DNA of 64,000 nucleotides, from contig NC_086107.1 of NCBI RefSeq assembly GCF_963921235.1, positions 98,644,001-98,708,000 of the forward strand. Direction: 5' to 3'. A program made the translations under genes and the position numbers. The notes under the pieces were generated by a model. That model saw only the letters and a program-made list of their open reading frames with translations, was not told the DNA's origin and did no database searches. This document shows positions 63,715-64,000 of this stretch, one piece after another (the stretch's first letter is position 1; each line of letters opens with the position of its first letter). This DNA is from Mobula hypostoma. Its lineage: Eukaryota.

Positions 63715-63980
63715 CACACACACACACACACACACCCACGCCCGCCCACCCACCCCTACCTGGAGGAACTCAGCAGGCCTGGCAACATCTATGGAAAAGT
63801 GTAAACAGTCGATGTTTCGGGCTGAGAGCCTTCATCAGGACTCATGAAGAAGGATCTCGGCCCGAAACGTCGACTGTTTACTCCTTTCCATAGTTGCTGC
63901 CTGGCCTGCTGAGTTCCTCCAGCATTTTGCATGCGTGGTGCTTTGGATTTCCAGCATCTGCAGATTTTCTCATGTTTGTG
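63715..63980. mobile_element. Penelope-derived palindromic element in MICALL intron 1
   Basis: Inverted arms centred near 63842; minus-strand hammerhead AGUC-CUGAUGA-AGG..CCC-GAAA-CA-UC-GACU at 63807-63842; the plus-strand core is mutated (AUGAAGA). Confidence 0.8.
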
Positions 63981-64000
63981 ACTGTTGTGTAGCCGATCAT

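Overview
Vertebrate genomic DNA. The repeat content (HE1/V-SINE-type SINEs, CR1/HER1-like LINEs, abundant Penelope-derived palindromes) suggests a cartilaginous fish, probably a ray; this is an inference. Two host genes are supported, both on the + strand. MGAT3 (GnT-III) has a single coding exon (CDS 41636-43168, splice acceptor just before the ATG, ~2.3 kb 3' UTR ending at AATAAA 45484). The second is the first coding exon of a MICAL-like gene (62611-62750, CH domain, probably MICALL1) in a CpG island; the ORF track misses it. Most of the rest is decayed, often nested transposable elements: CR1, Rex1/Babar, RTE, L1, Tx1, Nimb, Penelope, Tc1, hAT and Tigger MITEs, and SINEs. The most interesting signals are: (1) short palindromic Penelope-derived insertions with target-site duplications that carry minimal type I hammerhead ribozyme cores; (2) a 349-bp MITE that looks almost identical to mammalian MER2, a horizontal-transfer candidate; (3) an RTE 5'/3' deletion-derivative family; (4) a DeuSINE-like relic next to GC boxes upstream of MGAT3; (5) a local CpG/GC excess in repeats near the MICALL promoter. 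Repeat family names come from recalled consensus motifs, not database searches. Boundaries of old repeats are approximate.
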